55,881 nt of DNA from the IMG/VR virus record IMGVR_UViG_3300030012_002808; one strand, given 5' to 3'. The notes under the pieces are model-generated. The model did no database searches. It was not told where the DNA came from and worked only from the letters and a program-made list of their open reading frames with translations. This document shows, piece after piece, positions 47,299-55,369 of this stretch. Positions within the stretch are counted from its first letter, which is position 1. Each line of letters begins with the position of its first letter. A program made the translations under genes and the position numbers. This DNA comes from an uncultured virus (IMG/VR IMGVR_UViG_3300030012_002808). Lineage: Duplodnaviria; Heunggongvirae; Uroviricota; Caudoviricetes.

Positions 47299-47970
47299 TT
47301 AAATAAACAACTTAAAGAAGTTACCCTCACTTAAAGGTGCTGCAGAAAGACCTTTTATTTCTGTTCTGTCTAAAGTCAAATTTCCAAATGTTGACGTAGC
47401 TCTTAAAGATACGCCACCAGCAAGATGACCTGAAGAATCAGAAATTGCACCCGTTGCTACCTGCCTATTAGTATTATGAGTAACAAACATTCTACTATTT
47501 CCTGTAGGTATTTGCTGAGTTAATATTTGATTAACGCAACATGATGTTAAAAGAATTAAAGAATCTTTTTCTACAATAATGCTTCCATCATGTGGTGTGG
47601 GTTGCCCACCTGTTCTTAATGATGCACCTACACCTCCAGAATCTGTAAAACTTCTTATGTATATACTAATAGGATTAAATTGATTACCATTAAAGTTAAT
47701 CTGTAATGTATTATTACCATCAGCAGGGCTTTCTAAATGATAACAAACCATTCTTTGACTAAGACCACCTCTGTTAATTTGATAAAGCTGAGTCATCTGT
47801 ATACCATTATAAGTTGCACCTGTAAATATTCTACTATTAGTATTAGACATAGTAACGAGCACAACTAATAATTTATTAGTACCAGCATCTTGATTGTGAT
47901 TTATAGAATAAGAATTGGCTCCAGGTGTTGGATTAGCACTAGTAGTATTTCCTATTGTAGGTGTTGCCAT
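47299..47970 (-). CDS. Beta-rich putative fibre/receptor-binding accessory protein
   Basis: T/N/G/S-rich all-beta composition; in the fibre cluster. Confidence 0.5.
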   Translation of the reverse strand: MATPTIGNTTSANPTPGANSYSINHNQDAGTNKLLVVLVTMSNTNSRIFTGATYNGIQMTQLYQINRGGLSQRMVCYHLESPADGNNTLQINFNGNQFNPISIYIRSFTDSGGVGASLRTGGQPTPHDGSIIVEKDSLILLTSCCVNQILTQQIPTGNSRMFVTHNTNRQVATGAISDSSGHLAGGVSLRATSTFGNLTLDRTEIKGLSAAPLSEGNFFKLFI

Positions 47971-48248
47971 TATAACTCATTTACATTAGTTATTAATGGT
48001 ATATCTAATCCTTCTACTGTATCTACTTCTGTTCTAGCCTCATTCACTGAATCAGTTGTAGCAAAAAATGTACTTACACTAGCTTCTCCTATTGCTAATT
48101 TAGTTCTATTTTCTCCTAAAAATTTACCAAGAGTAGCATCATAATCTTCATTAATTTGAATTGCTACAGCAGGATCTTCTGTATATCCTACATCAGTGTA
48201 CTTTAGATTATCTGTACCTTCTAACTCTATTTTTGAAATAATTATCAT
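47970..48248 (-). CDS. Hypothetical protein
   Basis: Coupled ORF with 1-nt overlap/gap to its neighbours. Confidence 0.65.
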   Translation of the reverse strand: MIIISKIELEGTDNLKYTDVGYTEDPAVAIQINEDYDATLGKFLGENRTKLAIGEASVSTFFATTDSVNEARTEVDTVEGLDIPLITNVNEL

Positions 48249-48249
48249 A

Positions 48250-49668
48250 TTAAGCTTCTTCTGTTACTGCTATTACATCCCACTTACCTGAGTCAGCATT
48301 GTAAATACAACCTATATATAGAAGTTTACTAGCGGTTGTTGTTGTTGGTAAAGTTACGCCTATAGGTTCAAATATTGCACCCCAAACAATATTCCTTGAT
48401 GTTCCATCATCTTTTATTCTAAATAAAAGTTTTTGACCATCTACTGGAGATCCTGTAGGAGTATTAATAGTAACATCTACATCTTGACCTGTTAAAACAA
48501 TTAGTGTCTTACTGTCTGAAGCTGGAGTTAAAGTACCTCCTGCAGTTGCTTGAGTATCTACACCAGCTACATTAAGCTGAAGAGCAATGTCATTAGAAGT
48601 AGTACCAGCTACTATTCTGTTAGTATGACCTTGCGTAGGAACAAAATTAAGTCTTGATGTAGCTCCTACTACTGTACCGCGATTTAATACATCTATAGTA
48701 AATGTAGTATCTACTGGAGGAGCAATACCTGTTTGTAATTTAATATCATCTAAGGCAAACTCAACAGATGGAATTACAAGACTTGGTGGGTCAAACTGAA
48801 CTCCCCGCCAAACTGAAAAATTTAAATATCCAATTGTATTTACATCTGGAGAATCAACAAAAAAAGATGTTGGTATACTAACCAATTGCCATGTATCTGC
48901 TAAAGATGCATCACAATAATTAGTAAGTTCTACTGATCCTAATTGAGGACCATCTCCAGGAGTATTATCTCCAAACGCCCATACTTTAAAATAAGGCACA
49001 CCTTGATCTACTAAGCTTTGAGGAAAGTTTACTCTAAAACTTAATTGAACATACTCACTTCTACTTACTGGACTAGCTGTACTAAAACTAACACCTCTTC
49101 TTTTACCATATTGTCCTATACTAGTTAATACGCATGAACTACCTTGAGGTGGTGCAGGTGTAGATGAATTAAAATCTGTTATGTTATTTGTCCCAGCACT
49201 TCCTCTAGTCCAATAAACAGGAGCAAAATCTTGATAAATAAGTTCAGTAGTTATGTTAGGAGTAGTTGCTCCTATACCTATGAGAACATATTGAACTAAA
49301 ACTTGATCTACACCAATAGATGGAGTTATAGGATCAGATGCGGGGGTTCCTTGTATTACAGAAACAACCTCATTTTCGTCAACTACAATAGCATCAAATC
49401 TAGGATTAGTTGCGTCCCCATTAGCAAGTGTTACAGAAGTTTCTGCACTAGTATATTCAATTCCTCCTATAAGGTATACTAAAGCGCTTACATCAAAAAC
49501 CATTCCTGTTCCAGAATAAGAAGCTCCTCCTGATATTAATTGATTACCTGCACCTGAAGTAGGTAAATCATCCATAGTTGCATATGGATTTATAGCTGAA
49601 GGGCTATCTGCATTTACAGCTGCCTGATACGCATTGTTAGGTAAATTTCTATTTATTTTAGTAGACAT
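48250..49668 (-). CDS. Putative tail fibre/spike with a central carbohydrate-binding-like domain
   Basis: NPRFDAIVV fibre motif; LSFRV...WQLVSIP...FALDDIKL jelly-roll pattern; C-terminal DGQKLLFRIKDDGT...WD. Confidence 0.6.
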   Translation of the reverse strand: MSTKINRNLPNNAYQAAVNADSPSAINPYATMDDLPTSGAGNQLISGGASYSGTGMVFDVSALVYLIGGIEYTSAETSVTLANGDATNPRFDAIVVDENEVVSVIQGTPASDPITPSIGVDQVLVQYVLIGIGATTPNITTELIYQDFAPVYWTRGSAGTNNITDFNSSTPAPPQGSSCVLTSIGQYGKRRGVSFSTASPVSRSEYVQLSFRVNFPQSLVDQGVPYFKVWAFGDNTPGDGPQLGSVELTNYCDASLADTWQLVSIPTSFFVDSPDVNTIGYLNFSVWRGVQFDPPSLVIPSVEFALDDIKLQTGIAPPVDTTFTIDVLNRGTVVGATSRLNFVPTQGHTNRIVAGTTSNDIALQLNVAGVDTQATAGGTLTPASDSKTLIVLTGQDVDVTINTPTGSPVDGQKLLFRIKDDGTSRNIVWGAIFEPIGVTLPTTTTASKLLYIGCIYNADSGKWDVIAVTEEA

Positions 49669-49680
49669 ATTTTTAATTAT

Positions 49681-50058
49681 TTACTTTACATAAATTATTA
49701 ATAAGTCTCCTGCATTTGATGTTGGATCAGGATCATAGTTAAATGCAGAAGCTGCAAATTTATGATCATTACCTCCTGCATCAAAGTTTATTGTTTCTCC
49801 AGGTTTAAGATCTTTTCCAAGAACTTTTGCTGTTGCTGTAGCGTGCGCATTATGAAAAGAAATAGATTTTATACTATCTGTAATTACATTGGCAGTTGGA
49901 GGCGTGGTTACAGAATTTACCCTCTCTATTACAGGTGTTGAAGTAGTAGTTCCCCCTCCAGAGGAATTAATAATACCTTGTAAACCTTTAAGCATTTTAT
50001 ATTGCCAAGGCCAATTAGTACCTTTGCCGCCATCTGTTTTTAAATTTCCTATTGACAT
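49681..50058 (-). CDS. Putative virion protein
   Basis: Intact ORF in the structural cluster. Confidence 0.55.
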   Translation of the reverse strand: MSIGNLKTDGGKGTNWPWQYKMLKGLQGIINSSGGGTTTSTPVIERVNSVTTPPTANVITDSIKSISFHNAHATATAKVLGKDLKPGETINFDAGGNDHKFAASAFNYDPDPTSNAGDLLIIYVK

Positions 50059-50060
50059 TT

Positions 50061-50267
50061 TTATTGTTTTACTACATGAACAGCACCACTAGGTCTGCTG
50101 TATAACTCACCAACTTTTAGACCTGCTGCAATAGCAGCTGCATCATCCGCATATTCTCTTTGAGTCATTCTTAGTATCTCATTAAGATGTCCAAACTTAG
50201 CAGGGGCCATATCTTCCCCTGACTTTAAATATGGATCTGGTGACTCTGGTATAAACTTTCTAGGCAT
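50061..50267 (-). CDS. Small putative virion protein
   Basis: YADDAAAIAAGLKVGELY motif, typical of fibre-associated segments. Confidence 0.6.
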   Translation of the reverse strand: MPRKFIPESPDPYLKSGEDMAPAKFGHLNEILRMTQREYADDAAAIAAGLKVGELYSRPSGAVHVVKQ

Positions 50268-50272
50268 AACTA

Positions 50273-50710
50273 CTATCCTTTAGCTGCTGCTGCATTTTTA
50301 GCATTACGTCTGCTAAGTTTATCTAATAGAATATTTTTTGCTTCAACTTTTCTTTGCTCTTTTAAGTCCTTTTTGTCTTTAATAGTAAGCTTTTTCTCAC
50401 CTATCGCAAACTTTTTATCAAAACTTCTTCTAGCTTGAACTTCGTAAACTTTTGCTCTAGCTATATAAAAAGGATATTTGCTTAAATCTGGTTTAAACTC
50501 AATTCTTTCTCTCGCAATAAATTTACCATCAGGAGCTCCTGGGAACATTCCAGTTGCAGTTTTATAGTCTCCCCTGATTGGTTGATCTACTACTACAGTA
50601 AATGCTGACTCACCTTCATATTGATGTTCAACTGTTAATTGACCTTCTACTTCTTTTAAAAGCGTTGATTTATCATTAGTTAGTATTAATGCTTCTTTTA
50701 ATTCTGACAT
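50273..50710 (-). CDS. Hypothetical protein
   Basis: Intact ORF with A-rich start region. Confidence 0.65.
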   Translation of the reverse strand: MSELKEALILTNDKSTLLKEVEGQLTVEHQYEGESAFTVVVDQPIRGDYKTATGMFPGAPDGKFIARERIEFKPDLSKYPFYIARAKVYEVQARRSFDKKFAIGEKKLTIKDKKDLKEQRKVEAKNILLDKLSRRNAKNAAAAKG

Positions 50711-50732
50711 TTTTCTTTATTTTAATAAAATT

Positions 50733-51350
50733 TTATAATCTCTCTATAGTAACGGTTGCCTCTTCTTGACACATAAACTTAATACATACATACAACTCAC
50801 CTGCTGCTTGAAAAGTAGCAAGTCCTTGTACAGATATAGCTTGATTTTCAACTGTACCAAACTCAGCTTGTTGCAAATACATAATCTCAATCTGATCCGT
50901 ACCACCAGCAGTTAAATTATCTACATAAGCTCCTGATACAATAGGGCTATGTTCAAATCCTCCACCTGCTGCTGCACTATTATCTGCTACTACTACACTT
51001 TTATTTTCTGTAATAAGCATTGGTCCTACAGAAATGTTTACTGTTCCGAAGTCCTCAATTATTTCATAAATACCACTTCCTGGCGCAGTTTCAGTAGATG
51101 TCATTTGTTGCTGAACACCTTTAAGCTCATACACTTGAAAAACCTGTCCATCAGAAGTTATAGTTTCATTTTCACATTTACGCAATGAACAACGATTGTC
51201 AAATAAAGCTCCTGGAATTAACTCAGAGTCAGTTCTTAAACCTATATCTCTAAGGAAGCTATCAATGCTTGTGTTTAAATATTGCCAAAGTTGCGTTCTC
51301 TTAGACGCAAACGTTGTTAAGATGCTGGATCTTTTTAATGATGTTGCCAT
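50733..51350 (-). CDS. Hypothetical, probably structural, protein
   Basis: First gene after a late-promoter motif. Confidence 0.6.
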   Translation of the reverse strand: MATSLKRSSILTTFASKRTQLWQYLNTSIDSFLRDIGLRTDSELIPGALFDNRCSLRKCENETITSDGQVFQVYELKGVQQQMTSTETAPGSGIYEIIEDFGTVNISVGPMLITENKSVVVADNSAAAGGGFEHSPIVSGAYVDNLTAGGTDQIEIMYLQQAEFGTVENQAISVQGLATFQAAGELYVCIKFMCQEEATVTIERL

Positions 51351-51378
51351 TTGTTTCTTTTTTTAATAAATATACAGT

Positions 51379-51394
51379 TATAATATAGTAAAAA
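51379..51394 (-). promoter_or_regulatory. Putative late promoter (TTTTACTATATTATA)
   Basis: Recurring motif following a terminator. Confidence 0.6.
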
Positions 51395-51404
51395 TATTTG
51401 ATAT

Positions 51405-51433
51405 AAAAAAGCCCCTAGTAAAAAACTAAGGGC
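51405..51433 (-). terminator. Intrinsic terminator
   Basis: GCCCTTAGT/ACTAGGGGC stem followed by T6. Confidence 0.75.
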
Positions 51434-51476
51434 ATAACTGATCTAGCCAGAGAAATTGGAAGACTGGATAACTAGA

Positions 51477-51689
51477 TTAGTTCATAAAAATAAGTTTGAT
51501 TAGGAGGTATATCAAGAAACCCGCTAAAATAAATCCAGTAGATCCTATTACTATATCTTCTTTTGTAGGTGAAACTTTTTCATTAGTTATATGATCATGA
51601 TGCTCTTGCAAGAATGCCGAAGAAAAACTAAGTATTATTATCAAAGCTATAATACCTGTAAATCCCATTAATATTTTCACACCCACCAT
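51477..51689 (-). CDS. Small two-TM membrane protein
   Basis: Two hydrophobic helices separated by a His-containing loop. Confidence 0.65.
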   Translation of the reverse strand: MVGVKILMGFTGIIALIIILSFSSAFLQEHHDHITNEKVSPTKEDIVIGSTGFILAGFLIYLLIKLIFMN

Positions 51690-51695
51690 AATCCT

Positions 51696-52001
51696 TTATT
51701 GCCACACCATTACAATATCATGAACGGTAACCATCATTTTCAGATCTCCATCCATATCTATAATCTCAGCATTATGAAGAGCATGAGTTCGGACATACAC
51801 CTTATCTCCAGACTTTATATCAGTAACATCTTGTCCTACAGCAAATACATTAAGATGAGTCCACTCCTTCATAGCATCTTGCTCTGCTTCCTTTTCCATT
51901 TCATCAGTAAGTATAAGATCTAACTTACCTTCTTCTTTCTCTTTTTTAACAGGTTTATCTAACATAACCCTATTACCTCTTAAAATAAATTTGCTTGTCA
52001 T
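51696..52001 (-). CDS. groES: GroES/cpn10-like co-chaperonin (start revised to MTSKF)
   Basis: LRGNRVML...LIL (mobile loop)...VFAVG...IKSGDKVYV...HDIVMVW; 101 aa. Confidence 0.75.
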   Translation of the reverse strand: MTSKFILRGNRVMLDKPVKKEKEEGKLDLILTDEMEKEAEQDAMKEWTHLNVFAVGQDVTDIKSGDKVYVRTHALHNAEIIDMDGDLKMMVTVHDIVMVWQ

Positions 52002-52019
52002 AATTTTTCTGGTTTTCAA

Positions 52020-52033
52020 CAAATATAGCAAAA
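52020..52033 (-). promoter_or_regulatory. Bacteroidota-type -7 promoter element (TATATTTG)
   Basis: TTTTGCTATATTTG about 19 nt upstream of the groES-like ATG. Confidence 0.55.
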
Positions 52034-52251
52034 TTAATTTACGGTAGTGTAAAAATAGTGTATTAGACATTTTGTAGGGTCCTATAATAAAAAACCCCAG
52101 CCCTTTAAAAAAAAGGTGGGTACCCCCCTTCTTTTTACAGAGCAAACTTTTTTCTGCTGCGCAAAAAACTTTTTTTGTCCTGTGGAAAAAGTTTCTTGCT
52201 TGCAGAACCTACGAACCCTAAACTTACAAAGAATCAATAAAATTAATTCTT

Positions 52252-52497
52252 ATGTATACATTGTTAGTCAAAGTTTTCAATTCTTCAAAATTTGATAACC
52301 AGCGTTCCGCACAAGTTCTCAATATGCCCGCTGATGAATCTGTTCCAGAGTTCATCAATTGGCATAAGAACTATGCCAAAGCCTGCGGTCTTGAGAACGG
52401 CCGTTGCTATGTCATAACTGTTCAGAAGGAACGTAATGACAAAGGCTATGACAACTTCCAAATCAAGAACAAACTTGAGTTGGGCAAGTTATCCTAG
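52252..52497 (+). CDS. Early hypothetical protein, 81 aa
   Basis: Promoter-like motif upstream, terminator downstream. Confidence 0.7.
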   Translation: MYTLLVKVFNSSKFDNQRSAQVLNMPADESVPEFINWHKNYAKACGLENGRCYVITVQKERNDKGYDNFQIKNKLELGKLS

Positions 52498-52498
52498 C

Positions 52499-52532
52499 AA
52501 GAACAAGCACCTTAACGGGTGCTTTTCTTTTT
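52499..52532 (+). terminator. Intrinsic terminator (loop TTAACG)
   Basis: AAGCACC/GGTGCTT stem with T tract. Confidence 0.8.
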
Positions 52533-52536
52533 CTTT

Positions 52537-52573
52537 CCCTCTTCTTTTCTAACCCTTATCTTGGCAAGATAAC
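52537..52573 (+). promoter_or_regulatory. Repeated early promoter-like element CCCTCTT..TCTAACCCT..AGATAA
   Basis: Three full copies (52537, 53143, 53711) and a partial AACCCT copy at 52215. Confidence 0.65.
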
Positions 52574-52600
52574 ATATTAAATAAACTAATAAGATTACTT

Positions 52601-53080
52601 ATGCCAACAGAAGCAAACAATTTTACAGAAAGAATTACAAACAGAAACTTAAACGCAAGTTCTGAACAAACTATAGCCTCATCAGCATTACTTAGAATAA
52701 TGCAAGAGTCTGATAGTCTTTATTACAATCCTAGAGACACAGGTTGGGTGCAGAAGAAAATAGATGCCTTTAAACAGAACTTACGTTCACATATAACATT
52801 AAGCAGAACTAATGATGAAAGTCATTGGCCTGAAGAATATGCAAAGATGTTGAGAGAAGAACTTGAGTATATTGAAACTTGTATTGAGTACAATGACAAG
52901 ACAGGTAATATGCCAATTGGCACAACAGAAGCAGATCTGTCAAAACCTCTTGAAGAACCAACAAAAGGAGTTGATTATATTGAAGGACCAACAACAATAG
53001 ATGAATCTAAGTCATTTAAAAAAGTTGGTCACATAGATTTGAGCAAACCTGACAGTAAACCTGAATGGGACAAAGAGTAG
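52601..53080 (+). CDS. Early hypothetical protein, 159 aa
   Basis: Flanked by the promoter-like element and a terminator. Confidence 0.75.
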   Translation: MPTEANNFTERITNRNLNASSEQTIASSALLRIMQESDSLYYNPRDTGWVQKKIDAFKQNLRSHITLSRTNDESHWPEEYAKMLREELEYIETCIEYNDKTGNMPIGTTEADLSKPLEEPTKGVDYIEGPTTIDESKSFKKVGHIDLSKPDSKPEWDKE

Positions 53081-53100
53081 TTAGTAGTTTATTGATTCAC

Positions 53101-53132
53101 AAGAACAGCCTTAACGGGCTGTTCTTTTTTTT
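53101..53132 (+). terminator. Intrinsic terminator (loop TTAACG)
   Basis: AAGAACAGCC/GGCTGTTCTT stem with T tract. Confidence 0.85.
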
Positions 53133-53142
53133 CTTATATAAC

Positions 53143-53179
53143 CCCTCTTTTTTTCTAACCCTATTCTTATTGAGATAAC
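53143..53179 (+). promoter_or_regulatory. Repeated early promoter-like element
   Basis: CCCTCTTTTTTTCTAACCCTATTCTTATTGAGATAAC. Confidence 0.65.
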
Positions 53180-53213
53180 GTAATTAATTAACAAATACTT
53201 AAAATTTTAACGT

Positions 53214-53648
53214 ATGGCTTTAATAGCAACTTATGACAGTAACTTTGTGCAATCTAAAGAAGGCGCAGGGAAAGGTAAAACATTTCACAGATATAACGTG
53301 AGTGGTACCAAAGCAGAACTTAAGGAGTTTACATCTTCTGAACAGTTCAAAGCATATCCAAGAAATTGTGCAAAGACGGGAGCACCCCAAATTGTAACAA
53401 TGTATATGGATGCATTACGTGATGAACTACCTGTGTATCAAAAGCAGGATGGCAACTTTACTCTTGACGGGAGTGAAACACGTAAGGACTTAACAAGAGC
53501 AGAAATGCTTGAGCAACAGTCACCTGCACTTGCAAGTAAATTTGCAGACAGAGTTATGGCAAAGATATCAGGCGTACAACAGTCTGCAATTGATGCTGTA
53601 AAACAGGCAAAGGTAGAAACAGAGCAGAAAGAAATTGACGCACTGTAG
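53214..53648 (+). CDS. Early hypothetical protein, 144 aa
   Basis: Flanked by the promoter-like element and a hairpin. Confidence 0.75.
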   Translation: MALIATYDSNFVQSKEGAGKGKTFHRYNVSGTKAELKEFTSSEQFKAYPRNCAKTGAPQIVTMYMDALRDELPVYQKQDGNFTLDGSETRKDLTRAEMLEQQSPALASKFADRVMAKISGVQQSAIDAVKQAKVETEQKEIDAL

Positions 53649-53664
53649 TACAGAGTATTAACTT

Positions 53665-53698
53665 AAGACACGTAGAGAGAAATCTTTACGTGTCTTTT
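53665..53698 (+). terminator. Terminator-like hairpin with GAAA loop
   Basis: AAGACACGTAGAGA-GAAA-TCTTTACGTGTCTT. Confidence 0.75.
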
Positions 53699-53710
53699 AA
53701 AATTAGTTTA

Positions 53711-53748
53711 CCCTCTTTTTATCTAACCCTCTTTTTGACAAAAGATAA
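53711..53748 (+). promoter_or_regulatory. Repeated early promoter-like element (no ORF directly downstream)
   Basis: CCCTCTTTTTATCTAACCCTCTTTTTGACAAAAGATAA. Confidence 0.6.
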
Positions 53749-54127
53749 TTTTGCTAACGCAAAATTTTGTTTTTTTTAGGTAGTAGTAAGTTTTTTAAGG
53801 CTACTACTTACTAATTACTAGGAACTGCATCCTGATTTTTGTTTATGTACAACATATATAATGTATGTTATTGCATAAAAAAAAGAAATGCAAAGAAATT
53901 TGACGGGAAATATGTTTGTGTAAGAATGTTTTATGTATACTGCTACTATGCACTATACTATACCTTCATACTACTTACTAAATATCTTACTCTACATATA
54001 TATACTATATAATATATATAGCTAACTTTTTGGTTTAGGTTTAGTTTTCATAGTATATTTTGTTTATGTTAGTTGTATACTATCTATATAGAGATTAGTA
54101 GTAAGATAGTTTCCCGTTTTTTGAAAT

Positions 54128-54235
54128 TAAGGGTGTGTAAACTTTAAGGGATGCGCATTATAAACTATCAGGTATCACGGTGGATGTTAAAAGAAACATC
54201 TAAATAGCGTATGAGAGATACCAATCACACCCTTA
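54128..54235 (+). ncRNA. Candidate structured RNA element 1
   Basis: 10-bp closing stem TAAGGGTGTG/CACACCCTTA; inner GGTATC/GATACC and GATGTT/AACATC. Confidence 0.4.
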
Positions 54236-54241
54236 TAAATT

Positions 54242-54410
54242 AAGTCAGAGGGCAAGAGGCAGTCTAGCCTCTTTATTGTTTTATATAATAAAGAGTTGAT
54301 GGGTTGAGAGTTATGAATGGTCACCATTCCTTGATGAATAGCATAATGTATCTGCAGTATGTTATGTTTGATTCAAGTTTACCTGAATACGATTCTGTTG
54401 ACTCTGACTT
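54242..54410 (+). ncRNA. Candidate multibranch structured RNA or 5' leader
   Basis: Closing stem AAGTCAGAG/CTCTGACTT enclosing at least four hairpins. Confidence 0.45.
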
Positions 54411-54439
54411 TCTTATTCTGATAACTAAAACAAAATACT

Positions 54440-54805
54440 ATGGCTAAAATAACATTAAGAACACCGTCACAAACTAAGAACTTTATTAAACGTAAAAATA
54501 AGTTCTATAAGAAGTTGGATACGTGCGTACACCGAGGTAGTGCAAGTTGGTTTGATGGCTCTAAAGATATTGATGTAAAGGTATATCACTATACAAAGCA
54601 TAGAGTCAAGAAAATTGGTAATTGTGTATGGCTTTGTAAAGCAGATAATGATACTGATCCAAATTGTCAGCGTTTGTGGGATAATTATATACCTATTGAG
54701 AAATTGGCATATATGTCTTATCCTCCTAAACGTATTACTTGTAGAAGAGTGTATCATGTTTCTGGTAGAAATGGAAATTATTACGATTTGTGTACAAGAG
54801 ATTGA
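54440..54805 (+). CDS. Basic hypothetical protein, 121 aa
   Basis: A-rich start region (AAAACAAAATACTATG), intact ORF. Confidence 0.65.
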   Translation: MAKITLRTPSQTKNFIKRKNKFYKKLDTCVHRGSASWFDGSKDIDVKVYHYTKHRVKKIGNCVWLCKADNDTDPNCQRLWDNYIPIEKLAYMSYPPKRITCRRVYHVSGRNGNYYDLCTRD

Positions 54806-55260
54806 AGTGGTCTGAGACGTCAGACCTCAAGGCTGGAAGTCTTTAAGAGAGGGAATACTCATCTATATGAACCGTATGGTGTAGTATGGGATGAGCAGTA
54901 CAAGGCTCTTTAAAATTATAAGTTAGCAATTGATAACTTGCGTGCGGTGGGGTACCCTCCTTGATATGGTTGCACTGCGTAGGCTTATAAAATGGGAATC
55001 CTTTATTTATAGTGAACACCCACTAGAACCTAGACCTGTTCGGTGTATACTGTGACTCTTTATGAGGTATCAGTTGTTCAGGTCTTCTTTAACAACCCTG
55101 TGACTAGAGGGTCGGTCATAGTATAAATGGAATAGAAATAGAAATTGTATAGGTTGAGGTCTGGATGACTGTCTGTCCTTAAGATGTGAAACCATACTAT
55201 ACAATATTTTCTTTTCGCGATTTATTATTATTAAACTACAAATCTGATAATTAAATTACT

Positions 55261-55368
55261 ATGAAACAAGTACAAGTTACTCAGCAAGAAATTCAGGAAG
55301 CCTGTAAGAAACAGGTTCACCGAAACAAGAAGAAATATTATAGAAAAGTTAAACATAAAAACAAGTAA
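55261..55368 (+). CDS. 35-aa basic microprotein
   Basis: Below the track cutoff. MKQVQVTQQEIQEACKKQVHRNKKKYYRKVKHKNK; A-rich start; stop 1 nt before the next ATG. Confidence 0.7.
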   Translation: MKQVQVTQQEIQEACKKQVHRNKKKYYRKVKHKNK

Positions 55369-55369
55369 G

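Noticed and set aside
1331..51923. Plus-strand and nested ORFs of 60-122 aa in the track (e.g. 1331, 9058, 13510, 27629, 34911, 45983)
   Set aside because: They are antisense or out-of-frame shadows of long minus-strand genes, with no supporting signals.
52002..52145. Track's N-terminal extensions of several ORFs (51696, 31206, 42264, 45279, 45952)
   Set aside because: The extensions run through promoters or upstream genes; downstream ATGs give coupled starts.
52499..53748. Repeats read as a CRISPR array or integron attC cassettes
   Set aside because: Spacing is gene-sized, the repeats are degenerate, and no cas or integrase gene is present; terminator plus promoter explains them.
54467..54815. 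Alternative ORFs 54467-54757 (-) and 54615-54815 (+), and likewise 52809-52997 (-)
   Set aside because: They overlap better-supported plus-strand genes.
55145..55204. Hammerhead-like CTGGATGA...GAAAC
   Set aside because: The core has an extra G, no stem I can form and stem II is poor; kept only as a generic hairpin.
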